Assembly (NCBI RefSeq): GCF_009914755.1
Contig: NC_060929.1
Origin: the human T2T-CHM13v2.0 reference genome, Homo sapiens
Strand: one strand, 5' to 3'
Length of the DNA stretch: 64,000 nt
The notes beneath the pieces were generated by a model, which was not told the origin of the DNA, searched no databases, and was given only the letters and a program-made list of their open reading frames with translations. Each line of letters starts with the position of its first letter. The first letter of the stretch is position 1. Positions 1 to 18,748 of the stretch are shown here, piece after piece. Made by a program: the position numbers and the translations under genes.

Positions 1-634
1 TTTTTGTCCTTGCGATAGCTTGCTCAGAATGATGGTTTCGTTTCATCCATGTCCCTACAAAGGACATGAACTCATCATGTTTTATGGCTGCGTAGTATTC
101 CATGGTGTATATGTGCCACATTTTCTTAATCCAGTCTATCGTTGTTGGACATTTACATTGGTTCCAAGTCTTTGCTATTGTGAATAGTGCAGCTATAAAC
201 ATACGTGTGCGTGTGTCTTTATAGCAGCATGATTTATAATCCTTTGGGTATATACCCAGTAATGGGATGGCAGGGTCAAATGGTATTTCTAGTTCTAGAT
301 CCCTGAGGAATCACCACACTGACTTCCACAATGGTTGAACTAGTTTATAGTCCCACCAACAGTGTAAAAGTGTTCCTATTTCTCCACATCCTCTCCAGCA
401 CCTGTTGTTTCCTGACTTTTTAATGATCGCCATTCTAACTGGTGTGAGATGGTATCTCATTGTGGTTTTGATTTGCATTTCTCTGACGGCCAGTGATGAT
501 GAGCATTTTTTCATGTGTTTTTTGGCTGCATAAATGTCTTCTTTTGAGAAGTGTCTGTTCATATCCTTCGCCCACTTTTTGATGGGGTTGTTTGTTTTTT
601 TCTTGTAAATTTGTTTGAGTTCATTGTAGATTCT
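1..634 (-). mobile_element. Young L1PA (about L1PA3/4), 3' ORF2 and 3'UTR, 5'-truncated; 3' end lies outside the window
   Basis: ORF 311-562(-) is the L1 ORF2 C-terminus ([16 protein letters not shown]); L1 similarity stops abruptly at GTAGATTCT, about 634. Confidence 0.93.
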
Positions 635-900
635 ACCAATTTTTTTAAATACTGTATTTCCCTATACACAATATATTTTTGCTTGATAGTATTTAGTACA
701 TGGAGATGTTTTTGAACAATCTTTTGATAAGATAGTAGACTTTTTACAACCAACTCAGTTCATTGCAACAAGGTACACTATTGACCTAGAAAGTGAAATG
801 AAATAATCAATTTGGGGTCTAGAATTACTTAATTCAACTAATCTTATCATTATCAACTCTGTTGCATTTTGTAGTGTGCAGCTCCTTCCTAAAGCAAATT

Positions 901-933
<33 letters not shown>
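901..933. repeat. (ATC)11 microsatellite
   Basis: Pure ATC tandem run. Confidence 0.97.
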
Positions 934-2877
934 TCAGGAAAATGACCAAGAAAATCTGAACTGAAACAACAGTTTTTCTCTTTGATGCTTTTATTAGATG
1001 AGTCATCTCATTCGTAAGCATTACCCTGGCTTAGTCTACATAATTTAAATTCCTTCTTTTAACTAATCTCATTTGTTTCCATATATGCCGATGTGCATTG
1101 TTTTCTCCTGAGACATAGTGAAAAGGAAAACTGTTGTGCTTTTATCTATTCATATGTTTTTTCTATAATCCAGCAGGAAGCTCAATACAGCATTTTACTG
1201 TCACACAATTATGTGGTCATCTGTCACCATCTATAAGTTTTTCAGAGAAACTGCTCTACTTCTACTTCTCTGAAATTTCTCACACTACTTCAATGATTAT
1301 TAACAATACAATAATAAAATACGAAAGAAAGTTCAAAAACAAGCAATAGAAAGATAGCATCTCTGTCCTCTCTGGACACAGCTAAATTTTCTCCTCTGAT
1401 GTTTGATATATTCATTCATATATGTCTACATTTCACTTATTCATTTTCCTCAAGTCTCCTAAACCTAGAAAATATCCTGAGCAGTTCTATATCTTTCATT
1501 GTTAATCCCAGTAATTTGTCCTCTCCCCTAAAGTTTGGCATGTGATCTGTAATGTAAATTGATATGGTAGATGAGAACAGTAGGAAGAAAGATTGGACTG
1601 GCCCAGACACACCTTTGCAAATATAAACTAGAACTGAAAGAGATAGAGGAAAGCTCAGTCTATGTTCTTGAATATCAGGAAGGAAGATGAATTAAAGGGA
1701 GTTTCCCTTTAATTTCCTTATAAATTGCTCTATGTCTCAAAATAATAAATGAACTGTTACCTATAAATGTAAGAACATGCCCCAAATTTAGAAATTCTAA
1801 TTGAGTTTAAGAAAAGAAAGGAAAATTATAATACCACTGTCTTTTTATTTTAAAAAATTGTGCTAAAAACATTAAACACAAAACTACTTTCTTAACAAAT
1901 GCATATGTGTACAATACATTATTGTTGACTATAGGTACAATGTTGTATAACAGATCCCTAGAACTTATTCATCTTTCTTGACTGAAACTTTACGCCCATT
2001 GTTTAGTAACTCCCCATTTCTCTCTACCTTCTCTCTACCTCCACCCACTGGTAACCACAATCCAACTCTTTGATTCTATGAATTTGACTATTTTAGATAA
2101 CTCATATAAGTGGAATCATGCAATATGTGTCTTTCTATGACTCATGTATTTCACTTAGCACAATGTCTTTAAGTTTCATCCATGTTGTTGTCACATACGG
2201 CAATAGTTCCTGCTTTTTTAAGGCTGAATAATAGTCCACTATTTATATACCATATTTTCTCATCTATTCATCTGTCAATAGACACTTAAGTTGTTTCTAA
2301 ATCTTAACTATTGTGAATAATCCTACAATGAATATAGGAGTGCTAATACATCTTTGAGATCCTGATTTCAATTCTTTTGAATAAACACCCCAAAGTGGGA
2401 TTGCTGGATCATGTAATTGCATTTTTAAATGTTTAGAGGAACTTCATTTGTTTCCCACAAAAGCTGCACCATATTGCATTTCCACCAACAGTGTGCAAGG
2501 GTTCCAATTTCTGTACATCCTCGTCAACACTTGCTATTTTCTGTTTTTTTTAACAGTAGCCATTCTACTATAGTAGGTGTTAAGTGATATTTCATTATAG
2601 TTTTAATTCACATTTCCTGGATGATTAGTGACACTGAGTATTTCTTAAAATATCTGTTGGCCATTTGTATGTCTTCTTTGAAGAAATGTCTATCCAAGTC
2701 CATAGCCCATGTTTAAATCAGGTTATTTATTTATTTATTTATTTTTCTCTCTCTTTTATTTTAACTAATAACCTGAAGGGGTTTATTTTAGATATTTTGG
2801 ATACTAACCCTTTATCAGATATACGGTTTGCAAATATTCCCCCCATTCTGTAAGTGTCCTTTTCACTCTGTTGATTC

Positions 2878-3155
<278 letters not shown>

Positions 3156-3459
3156 AAGCTTTTTAGTTTGATGTATTCTTATTTGTTTACTTTTGTTTTT
3201 GTTGCCTGTGCTTTTGATGTCATATCCATGAAACCATTGCCAAGACCAATGTCATGAAGGTTTTCTTCTAGTAGTTTTATAGTCTTGGTCTATGTTTAAT
3301 CTTTAAGCCATTTCAAGTTGATTTTTGCATATGATGTAAGACAAGCATCCAGTTTCATTCCTTAATATGGATATCCAGTTTTCCAAGTACCATTTGTTGA
3401 AGAGACTCTCCAATCTCTATGTGTATTCTTGACACCTTTATCAAACGTCAGTTGACTGT

Positions 3460-3797
3460 TGCTATAGACTGAATGTTGGTGTCACCCAAAATCCATATGT
3501 TGAATCTTTGTCTCCCTAAATCTATATGTTGAATGGCATTAGGAGACGGGGACTTACAGAGATGATTAGGTCATAAAAGTGGAGACTTCATGAATAAAAG
3601 ACATCTGAGAGGAATGCTTCACCTTTCCACCATGTGAGACACAGTGAGAAGGCACTAACTATGAGGAAGCAGTCCATCAGTACCTGTGCCTCAATTTTGG
3701 AATTCCAAACTTCTGGAACTGTGAGAAATATATTTCTGTTGTTATAAGCTACCCAGTTTATGGTATTTTATTATAGTAGCCCGAATAGAATAAAACA
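3460..3797 (+). mobile_element. MLT1A-like MaLR solo LTR
   Basis: TG...CA ends; tgctatagactgaatg start and tatagtagcccgaatagaataaaaca end typical of MLT1A; interrupts the L1MB. Confidence 0.82.
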
Positions 3798-5610
3798 ACC
3801 AAGTATGCATAGATTTATTTCTGGATTCTCTTATGTTCCATTGGTCTATATGTCTGTTTTAATGCCAGTATCATATTGTTTTGATCTCTGTGGTTTTGCA
3901 ACATATCTAGAGATCAGGAAATGTGATGTCTCTAGCTTTATTCTTTTTTTCAAGATTGATTTGGTTATTTCTTGACTCATGGCTCCATATAAATTTTAGA
4001 GCTTTTTTTCACTTTCTGTAAAAAATGACATTGAGATTTGGATAGGGATTGCATTGAATCTGTAGATTTCTTTTGGTAGTATGGATATTTTAACAATGTT
4101 AAGTCTTCTAGTTCATGAACATTCAATGTCTTTTGATTTGCTTAGTATCTTTCATCAATGTTTTGTAGTTTTTAATACACAAATCTTTCACCTTGTTAGT
4201 TAGGTTTAGGTGTATTACTAAATTATTTTATTCTTTTTGGCACTAGTTTAGATGGGCATTGTTTTCTTAATTTCCTTTCAGATAGTTTGTTGTTAGTGTA
4301 TAGAAATGCAACTGATTCTGGTATGTTGATTTTGTACTCTGTAATTTCACTAAATTCATTTGTTAGTTCTAACAGTTTCTTAATTGAATCTTCAGAGTTT
4401 TCTCTATATATAGGATCATGTTACCTGCAAACAGGGAAAATTTTATTTCTTCCTTCCCAATTTAAATGCCTTTTTACTTTTTTTCTTACCCAATTGCTCT
4501 AGATAGGGCTTCAAGTATCCTGCTGAATAGAAGCAGTGAAAGTGGGCATCCTTGTCTTGTTTCTAATCTTAGAGGAAAAGCCTTCATTCGGTTTTTCACC
4601 ATTGAGTATGACGTTAGTGATGGGCATTTAATATATGGCTTTTATTATGTTGAGGTATATAATATTTGTATTTGTATTTGACATAATCTATTACTAGTTT
4701 GAGTTTTTAATTAAAAGATGTTAAATTTTGTCAAACCCTTTTTCTGCATCTTGAGATGATCACATGTTTTTATGCTTTATTTTGTTAATGTGGAATTTCA
4801 CGTTAATTTTTACACACTGAACCATTCTAACATCCCAAGTACAAATCCCATTTGGTCATGGTGTATAATCCCCTTAATGTGCTCTTGGATTCAGTTTGCT
4901 GGGGTTTAGTAGAGGAATTTGTATGTTCATTCTTCAGGGATATTGGCCTATAGTTTTGTTTTCTTGTGGTGCTTTTGTCTGACTTTAGTATCAGAGTAAT
5001 GAATTTGGACATGTTCCCTCTCCCCTTCAATTTTTTTGAAAAGTTTTAGAAGAAATGGTATAAATTTTTCTTTAAACGTTTGTTAGAATTTCACCAGTGA
5101 AGCCACCTGGTACTGGGCTTTTCCTTCCTGGGAGCTTTGTAATAACTATTTCAATATCTATACTAGTTATAGGTCTGTTCGGACTTTCTGCTTCCTCAGA
5201 ATCCAGTCTCGGTTGATTGTATGTTTCTAGGAATTTATTCATTTCTTCTAGCTTATCCAGTTTGTTGGCACATAATTGTTCATAGTTATCTCTTTTGATT
5301 CTTTCTTATTTTGTGGCATCATTTGTGATTTCTCTTCTTTCATTTCTGATTTTTTTATTTGAGGCATCGCTCTTTTTTTGCTAGTTAGTTTACTTAAGGT
5401 TTTACCAATTTAGTTTATATTTATAAAAAACCAGTAAAACCAATTCCTAGTTGTCTTATTTTTTTCTATTATTTTTGAATTTTCCGTTTCATGTATTTCT
5501 GCTCAAATCTTTGTTAATTCCCTCTTTCTGCCTAATTTGGCCTTAGTCTGTTGTTATTGTTCTACTTCCTTGAGATGTAGTATTAAATTGTTTAAGATTT
5601 TTTTCTTTTA

Positions 5611-5896
5611 AATTTTAATTTCTTTAGCAAATGGGATGCATTCTTTAATTGGTGCACACAGCCATCTAAAAGAATAAAGAATCAAAGATTGCCACATTAA
5701 AAGCTGCCAAATTAAATTAAGACTTAATTTGCCTTCTGTAAGGAAGTCTTTTTCACTAATATTATTAAAAGTCTTTTTCACAAATATTATTCAAAAATCT
5801 TAAAAGTCTTTTTCACAAATATTATTCAAAAGATTTAGCCATCTGGGCAAAAAATCTTTTTCCATTGGCCAGTAAAACAATTTGGATCCAGATATT
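5611..5896 (-). other. 3' half of an orphan non-TE insert in L1MB ORF2
   Basis: Non-L1 sequence with ATTAAA and an A-rich tail on the minus strand; joins 12417-12590 across the L1PA TSD. Confidence 0.6.
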
Positions 5897-12416
<6,520 letters not shown>

Positions 12417-12590
12417 GATCCAGATATTCTCCAGTCCAGAGACTTACCAGCTTGCAAAATGTTTTTGCATTCTTCTTGGATTCCAATCTCCCCTACCTTG
12501 AAAGTTTGTGTGTTTTAGGTTCTGTGGAGATAGGCTTTCTCAACAAAATCAGAGTTGTGCTCTCTAGGTGAGTCTGCTAAATTAAAATCC
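12417..12590 (-). other. 5' half of the orphan non-TE insert
   Basis: Starts with the TSD copy; non-L1 until the L1MB resumes at tctcttcttttctaatatagg. Confidence 0.6.
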
Positions 12591-12710
12591 TCTCTTCTTT
12601 TCTAATATAGGTATTTATCACTATGAAATTCCCTCTTAGCAATGCTTTAGTTGTATCCCATATGTTTTGGTATATTTTGTTTTCATTTTCATTGGTTGCA
12701 AGAGATTTTC
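12591..12710 (-). mobile_element. Continuation of L1MB ORF2
   Basis: Collinear with L1 ORF2 immediately after the break at about 5610 (atgaaattccctcttagc...gtatcccatatgttttggtat). Confidence 0.75.
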
Positions 12711-15700
12711 TTTTTTTTCTTTATTTTTATTTCTTGTAAAAAAAACGGGATATATGCTCAGAACATACAGGTTTGTTACATAGGTATATGTGTGCTATGG
12801 TGGTTTTCTGCACCTATTGACCATCCTCTAAGTTCCCTCCACTCAATCCCCTCCCCAGAACAGGCCCTGGTGTGTGTTGTTCCCTCTCTGTGTCCATGTG
12901 TTCTCAATGTTCAACCCCCACTTATGGGTGAGAATAAGTGGTGTTCAGTTTTCTGTTCCAGTGTTAGTTTCTGAGGATGATGGCTTCCAGCTTCATCCAT
13001 GTTCCTGCAAAGGATATGGTCTCATTCCTTTTAATGGCTGCATAGTATTCTATGGTGTATATGTACTACATTTTCTTTAACCAGTCTATCATTGATGGGC
13101 ATTTGGTTTGGTTCCATGTCTTTGCTATTGTAAATAGTGCTGCAATAAACATACAAGTGCATGTATCTTTGTAGTAGAATTATTTATATTCCCTTGGGTA
13201 TGTACTAAGTAATGGGATTGCTGGGTCAAATAGTATTTCTGGTTCTAGATCCTTGAGGAATTGCCATACTGTCTTCCACAATGGTTGAACTAATTTACAT
13301 TTCCACCAACAATGTAAAAGCATTCCTATTTCTCCACAACCTTGCCAGCATCTGTCATTTCCTGACTTTTTAATAATTGTCGTTCTGATTGGCATGAGAT
13401 GGTATCTCATAGTGGTTTTGATTTGCATTTCTCTGATGATCCATGACATTGAGCTTTTTTCATATGTTTGCTGGCCATGTAAATATCTTCTTTTGAGAAG
13501 TGTCTGTTCATATCCTTTGCCTACTTTTTGATGGAGTTGTTTTTTTCTTATAAATATGTTTAAGTTACTTGTAAATTCTGGGCATTAGACCTTTGTCAGA
13601 TAGGCAGATAGGAAAAATTTTCTCCCATTCTGTAGGTTCACTCTGATGACAGCTTCTTTTGCTGTGCAGAAGCTCTTTAGTTTAATTAGATCCTATTTGT
13701 CAATTTTGGCTTTTGTTGCAATTGCCTTTGGTGTTTTTGTCATGAAGTCTTTGCCCAGGCCTATGTCCTGAATAGTATTGCCTAGGTTTTCTTCTACTGT
13801 TTTTATTGTTTTGGGTTTTACATTTAAGTCTTTAATCCATCTTGAGTTAAATTTTGTATAAGGTATAAAGAAGGGGTCCAGTTTCTGTTTTCTGCATTTG
13901 GCTAGCCAGTTCTCCCACCACCATTTACTGAATAAGAGATCTTTTCTCCACTGCTTGTTTTTGTCAGGTTTGTCAAAGATCAAATGGTTGTAGATGTGTA
14001 GTGTTATTTCTGAGATCTCTGTTCTGCTCCATTGGTCTATTTGTCTGTTTCAGTACCAGCACCATGCTGTTTTGGTTACTGTAGCCTTGCAGTATAGTTT
14101 GAAGTCAGGTAGCCTGCTGCCTCCAGCTTTGCTTTTTTTGCTTGGGATTGTTTTGGCCATCCAAAGTCTTATTTGAATCCATATGAAACTTAAAATAGTC
14201 TTTTCTAATTCTGTGAAGAATGTCAATGATAGTTTGATGGGCATAGCTCTGAATTTATAAATTACTTTGGGCAGTATGGTCATTTTCATGACATCAATTC
14301 TTCCTATCCATGAGGATGAAATGTTTTTCCATTTGTTTGTGTCCTCTCTTATTTCCTTGAGCAGTGGCTTATAGTTCTCCTTGAAGAGGTCCTTCACATC
14401 CCTTGTTAGCTCTATTCCTAGGTATTTTACTCTCTTTGTAGTGATTATGAATGGGAGTTCATTCATGATTTGGCTTTCTGCTTTGCTTTCCTATTATTGC
14501 TGTAAAAGAATGCTTGTGATTTTTGTACATTGATTCTGTATCTTGAGACTTTGCTGAAACTGCTTATCAGTTAAGAAATTTTGGGGCTGAGATGATGGTG
14601 TTTGCTAAATATAAAATCATGTTGTCTACAAACAGAGACAATTTGACTTTCTCTCTTCCTATTTGATCACCCTTTCTTTCTTTCTCTTGCCTGATTGCCC
14701 TGGTCAGAACTTCCAATACAATGTAGAATAGGAGTGGTGAGAGAGGGCATCCTTGTCTTGTACCAGTTTTCAAATGGAATGCTTCCAGGTTTTGCCCATT
14801 CAATATGACATTGGCTGTGGGTTTATCATAATTAACTCTCATTATTTTGAGAAATGTTCCATCAATACCTAGTTTATTGTGAGTTTTTAACATGAAGGGA
14901 TGTTGAATTTTATTAAAGCCTTTTCTGCATCTATTGAGATAATCATGTGGTTCTTGTCTTTGGTTGTGTTTATGTCATGGATTACATGTATTGATTTTCA
15001 TATGTTGAACCAGCCTTGCAACTCAGGGATGAAGCTGGCTTGATCATGATGAATAAGTTTTTTGATACACTGCTGGATTTGGTTTGCCAGTATTTTATGA
15101 GGATTTTCGCATGGATGTTCATCAGGGATATTGGCCTGAAGTTTTCCTTTTTTGTTGTGTCTCTTACCAGTTTTGGTATCAGGATGATGCTGGCTTCATA
15201 AAATGAGTTAGGGAGGAGTCCCTCCTTTTCAATTGTTTGGAATAGCTTCAGAAGGAATGGTACCAGTTCCTCTTTGTATTTCTGGTAGAATTCAGCTGGG
15301 AATCAGTCTGGTCCTAGGATTTTTTTGGTTGGTAGGCCATTAATTACTGCCTCCATTTTAGAGACTGTTATTGGTCTATTCAGGAATTTGACTTCTTCCT
15401 GGTTTTGTCTTGGTAGGATGTATGTGTTCAGGAGTTTATCCATTTCTTCTAGATTTTCTAGTGTATTTGCATAGAAGTGTTTATAGTATTCTCTGATGGT
15501 AGTTTGTATTTCTGTGGGATTAGTGATGATATATATCCCTTTTATCATTTTTTATTGCATCTATTTGATTCTTCTCTCTCTTCTTCTTTATTAATCTAGC
15601 TAGTGGTCTATCTATTTTGTTAGTTTTTTCAAAAAAAAAAAACAGCTCCTGGATTTGTTGATTTTTTTGGAGAGTTTTTCATGTCTCTATCTCCTTCAAT

Positions 15701-16140
15701 TCTTCTCTGATCTTAGTTATTTCTTGTTTTCGGCTAGCTTTTGGATTAGTTTGCTCTTGCCTCTCTAGCTCTTTTTAATTGTGATATTAGGGTGTCGATT
15801 TGAGATATTTCCAGCTTTCTTATGTGGGCATTTAGTGCTATAAATTTCCCTCTTAATACTGCTTTAACTGTGTCCCAGAGATTCTGGTATGTTGTCTCTT
15901 TGTTCTCATTGGTTTCAAAGAACTTCTGGATTTCTGCCTTAATTTCATTATTGAACCAGGAGTCATTCAGGAGCAGGTTGTTCAATTTCCATGAAATTGT
16001 GTGGATTTTGAGTGAGTTTCTTAATCCTGAGTTTTCTCTGCTTGAAAATTCTTTTAAGAATGTTGAGTATTGGTCCTCAATCTCTTCTGGCTTGTGGAGT
16101 TTCTGCTAAGAGGTCTGCCATTAGTCTGATGGGCTTCCCT
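12711..16140 (-). mobile_element. L1PA8/8A-like LINE-1, 5'-truncated, with an ORF1-ORF2 internal deletion
   Basis: ORF2 RT and C-terminal fragments (13180-15985 ORFs); aaaaacgggata-type 3' end; jumps to ORF1 sequence at about 16035. Confidence 0.9.
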
Positions 16141-16425
16141 AGTCCCTCTGGACAATTCCTCAATGCACAGGAAAGTGACTAACAAAAGTCTTCTCAGGTT
16201 CTTTTTTGTTTGTAGAGGTTAATGAAAGTTTGAGTAAAGTAAATTCATCAGGATCATAGGCACTACTTTACATCTTTTTCTTCCTTCTTCTTACCAAAGG
16301 AGAGTTCTCCCCATCCACTCTCCATTCCTCACTATAGCAGTACCTACTGCAATATTACACAAAGTGGTTTACTTCCCAATTCAGTCTCTGAAAGGGACAT
16401 TTCCTCTCATCTTCCTCACCCTCTA

Positions 16426-16795
16426 TGTTAGGGAATGAATGTTTTTCTGCCCCCCAAAATTTATATGTTGAAATTCTAACCTCTAGTGTGATGACATTAG
16501 GAGGTAGGGCCTTTGGGAGGTAATTAGGTAATGAAGGCAGAGTCCTAATAAATGGGATTAATACCCTTATAAGAAGAAATAAGAAATCCTGCTTCCTCTC
16601 TCTGTTATCCACGATGTAAGGATATAACAAGAAGACACCCACCTGCAAACCAAGAGGAGTGCCCTCACTAGACATTGAATCTGCCAGCACCTTAATCTTG
16701 GATTTCCCAGCCTCCAAAACTGTGAGATAAATGTTTGTTGCTTAAGCCACCTAATCTATAGTAATTTATTACAGCAACCCAAACTGACTAGGACA
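16426..16795 (+). mobile_element. MLT1A-like solo LTR
   Basis: TG...CA ends, MLT1A motifs, near-TSD CTCTA/CTATA. Confidence 0.88.
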
Positions 16796-16894
16796 CTATA
16801 GTCTCCTCACATAGGGCCCAGCACCATTTTTCCTCCTTGTCTTACTGAATGACTACTCTAGTGCAGAGGTGATCTGATCCATTACATACTTTAG

Positions 16895-17067
16895 TTTCAG
16901 AAATTGACCAGAAAGTTACAGGCATCATTTGTGCTCACAACTCACTGGCTAGATCTAGTAGCAGGGCCCCACCCAAACACAAGGGAGCCAGGAAGTGCAA
17001 TTCTACTTTGTGTCTGGAATGAGGTGGAATGTCACATATCTGGGTATCAGCAGTAGTGCTGCCACAC
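16895..17067 (-). mobile_element. Old MLT1 (J/K/L-like) LTR fragment
   Basis: ggccccacccaaacacaagggagccaggaagtgcaattct motif. Confidence 0.55.
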
Positions 17068-17099
17068 TGCCCTCTTGTTCTTCATTTTGTGCCATTCTC

Positions 17100-17530
17100 T
17101 CTCCTACTCATTCTTGCCATGCTGGCCTCCCATCAGTTCCTCAGTTCCTCATGTGACCTTTGGGCATGCTGCTCGCTCTACTTAAATTTTCTTTCTCCCA
17201 CCTTGACTGACACCTTCTGATTTCTCAGGTCATAGCTAAAATATTTTCTTCTCAGAGAAGTTTGCTATAAAACCTCTCCTCCCTCCATCTGAGGTAGCCC
17301 CCTTTATTACTCTTTTTCAAAGCTCTCTCGTCTATTTATTTTGCAGCTCTCATGTTCATTTGTAATTATATGGCTGATGTGTTCACCTGATTGAGTCATG
17401 TCCGTCCCCTCCACTTCACTGTAAATGCCCTAAAAGAAGTGATCAGGCTCATTTTATTTACCACCTTGAATATACTTGATGCCTAGCTTGCAATTGGACA
17501 ATATATATTTGCTGAATAAATAAATGAACT
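17100..17530 (+). mobile_element. L2 3' fragment
   Basis: Ends in atatttgctgaataaataaatgaa, a typical L2 terminus. Confidence 0.65.
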
Positions 17531-18693
17531 CAGGACCTTTTAGTGGTCCACCTCAAGTAACTTTAGAATTACATTTCTCTCTCACTTTATACCCATGAAT
17601 TATATTAGACAGCACTGTATATGACATGAATTACACTTTTGACAAGCTATATTGAGTAGCAAATACAAAGAAAACAAGCAATAAGAAAAAGATAGGTTAG
17701 GCTGTAGCAAAAACACTCAACAGTGAAAAGCAAAAGAAGCCACTCACGATTTTAATAATGTAAAACTCTACAAAATCTAATATTCTTTCAAAGCAAACTT
17801 GGCACAATAAATTTGTATGGGAAAGCCTGAGCTTGGTCATCAGATGTAATCATCAAGGAAGATGGCAAACAGTATGGAAGATAGAGAAGTAGACTTTCAT
17901 CATAAAACACCTGAGAAGTTTTTTAGTTTTTTTGTTTGTTTGTTTGTTTTTCAAAATAGAGTCATTAGCCCCAATTTGTGTAGCCCTTACTCACTTCCTG
18001 GGCCTCAGAAATACTACTTCCTGTTATACAGCTGTTCCCAAAAAGTTTCAAGATAAATAAAGTACACATAGAACGGTTTAAGGAAGTTCCCTTAGAACTT
18101 TAAGTAACAGTCTTAATAATGGGCTTGTTCCTTGACAGTTGCTTTCTTTAGTAACTCTACGGTTATGGTCTGGCCTGGTGGGAGCCAAAGGTTAGACTTT
18201 ACCATTTGTCAAGGTGACAGCTCTTGACCCCATTTAGCTTTTAACCTTTTGGCTTATTAGAAATTCCCTCTAAAGTATATGCCAGTTTTCTTCATTGTAA
18301 ATTGCGAACTGAGGCGTCTCTGGCTGATGTTATATTGTTCACTTTTTCATACATTATTGCTTTGTGAAAAATTCATGAAGAATAATTCATGAACATTTTT
18401 AGATTTTACCCATGAGTTCATATGAACCAGATTTGGTAATATGCTAAGCAAAATAGACAAGAAATAAACCCCTTATCTGATTATTAATACAGCTGTAAGA
18501 GTAAGCATAGAAATGGTGTTTTAAACATCAGAGAGAAATTTTCAGTGGGGTGCCAAAGGGATTTGCTGTGATACCATTTCTTTTATAATTGTAACTGAAT
18601 TATTTACATCACTTTTATATAAGCTTGAGGAATTCTCCCCATTTACAGAAATTAGAAATATGACATTTTATGACAGTGATTCTTCGCATCTTA

Positions 18694-18748
18694 ACGTGTG
18701 TGTGTGTGTGTGCGCGCGCGCGTGTGCGCATGCGCACGCATGTGTGTG
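18694..18748. repeat. Alternating purine-pyrimidine (TG/CG) tract with an NRF1 motif
   Basis: 55 bp of perfect R/Y alternation; TGCGCATGCGCA at 18725-18736. Confidence 0.92.

Noticed and set aside
5744-5831. Short direct repeats resembling a CRISPR array
   Set aside because: Primate DNA, irregular tiny spacers and no cas genes
16030-16050. Spliced L1 integrant
   Set aside because: The junction has no GT donor and does not match known L1 5'UTR splice sites
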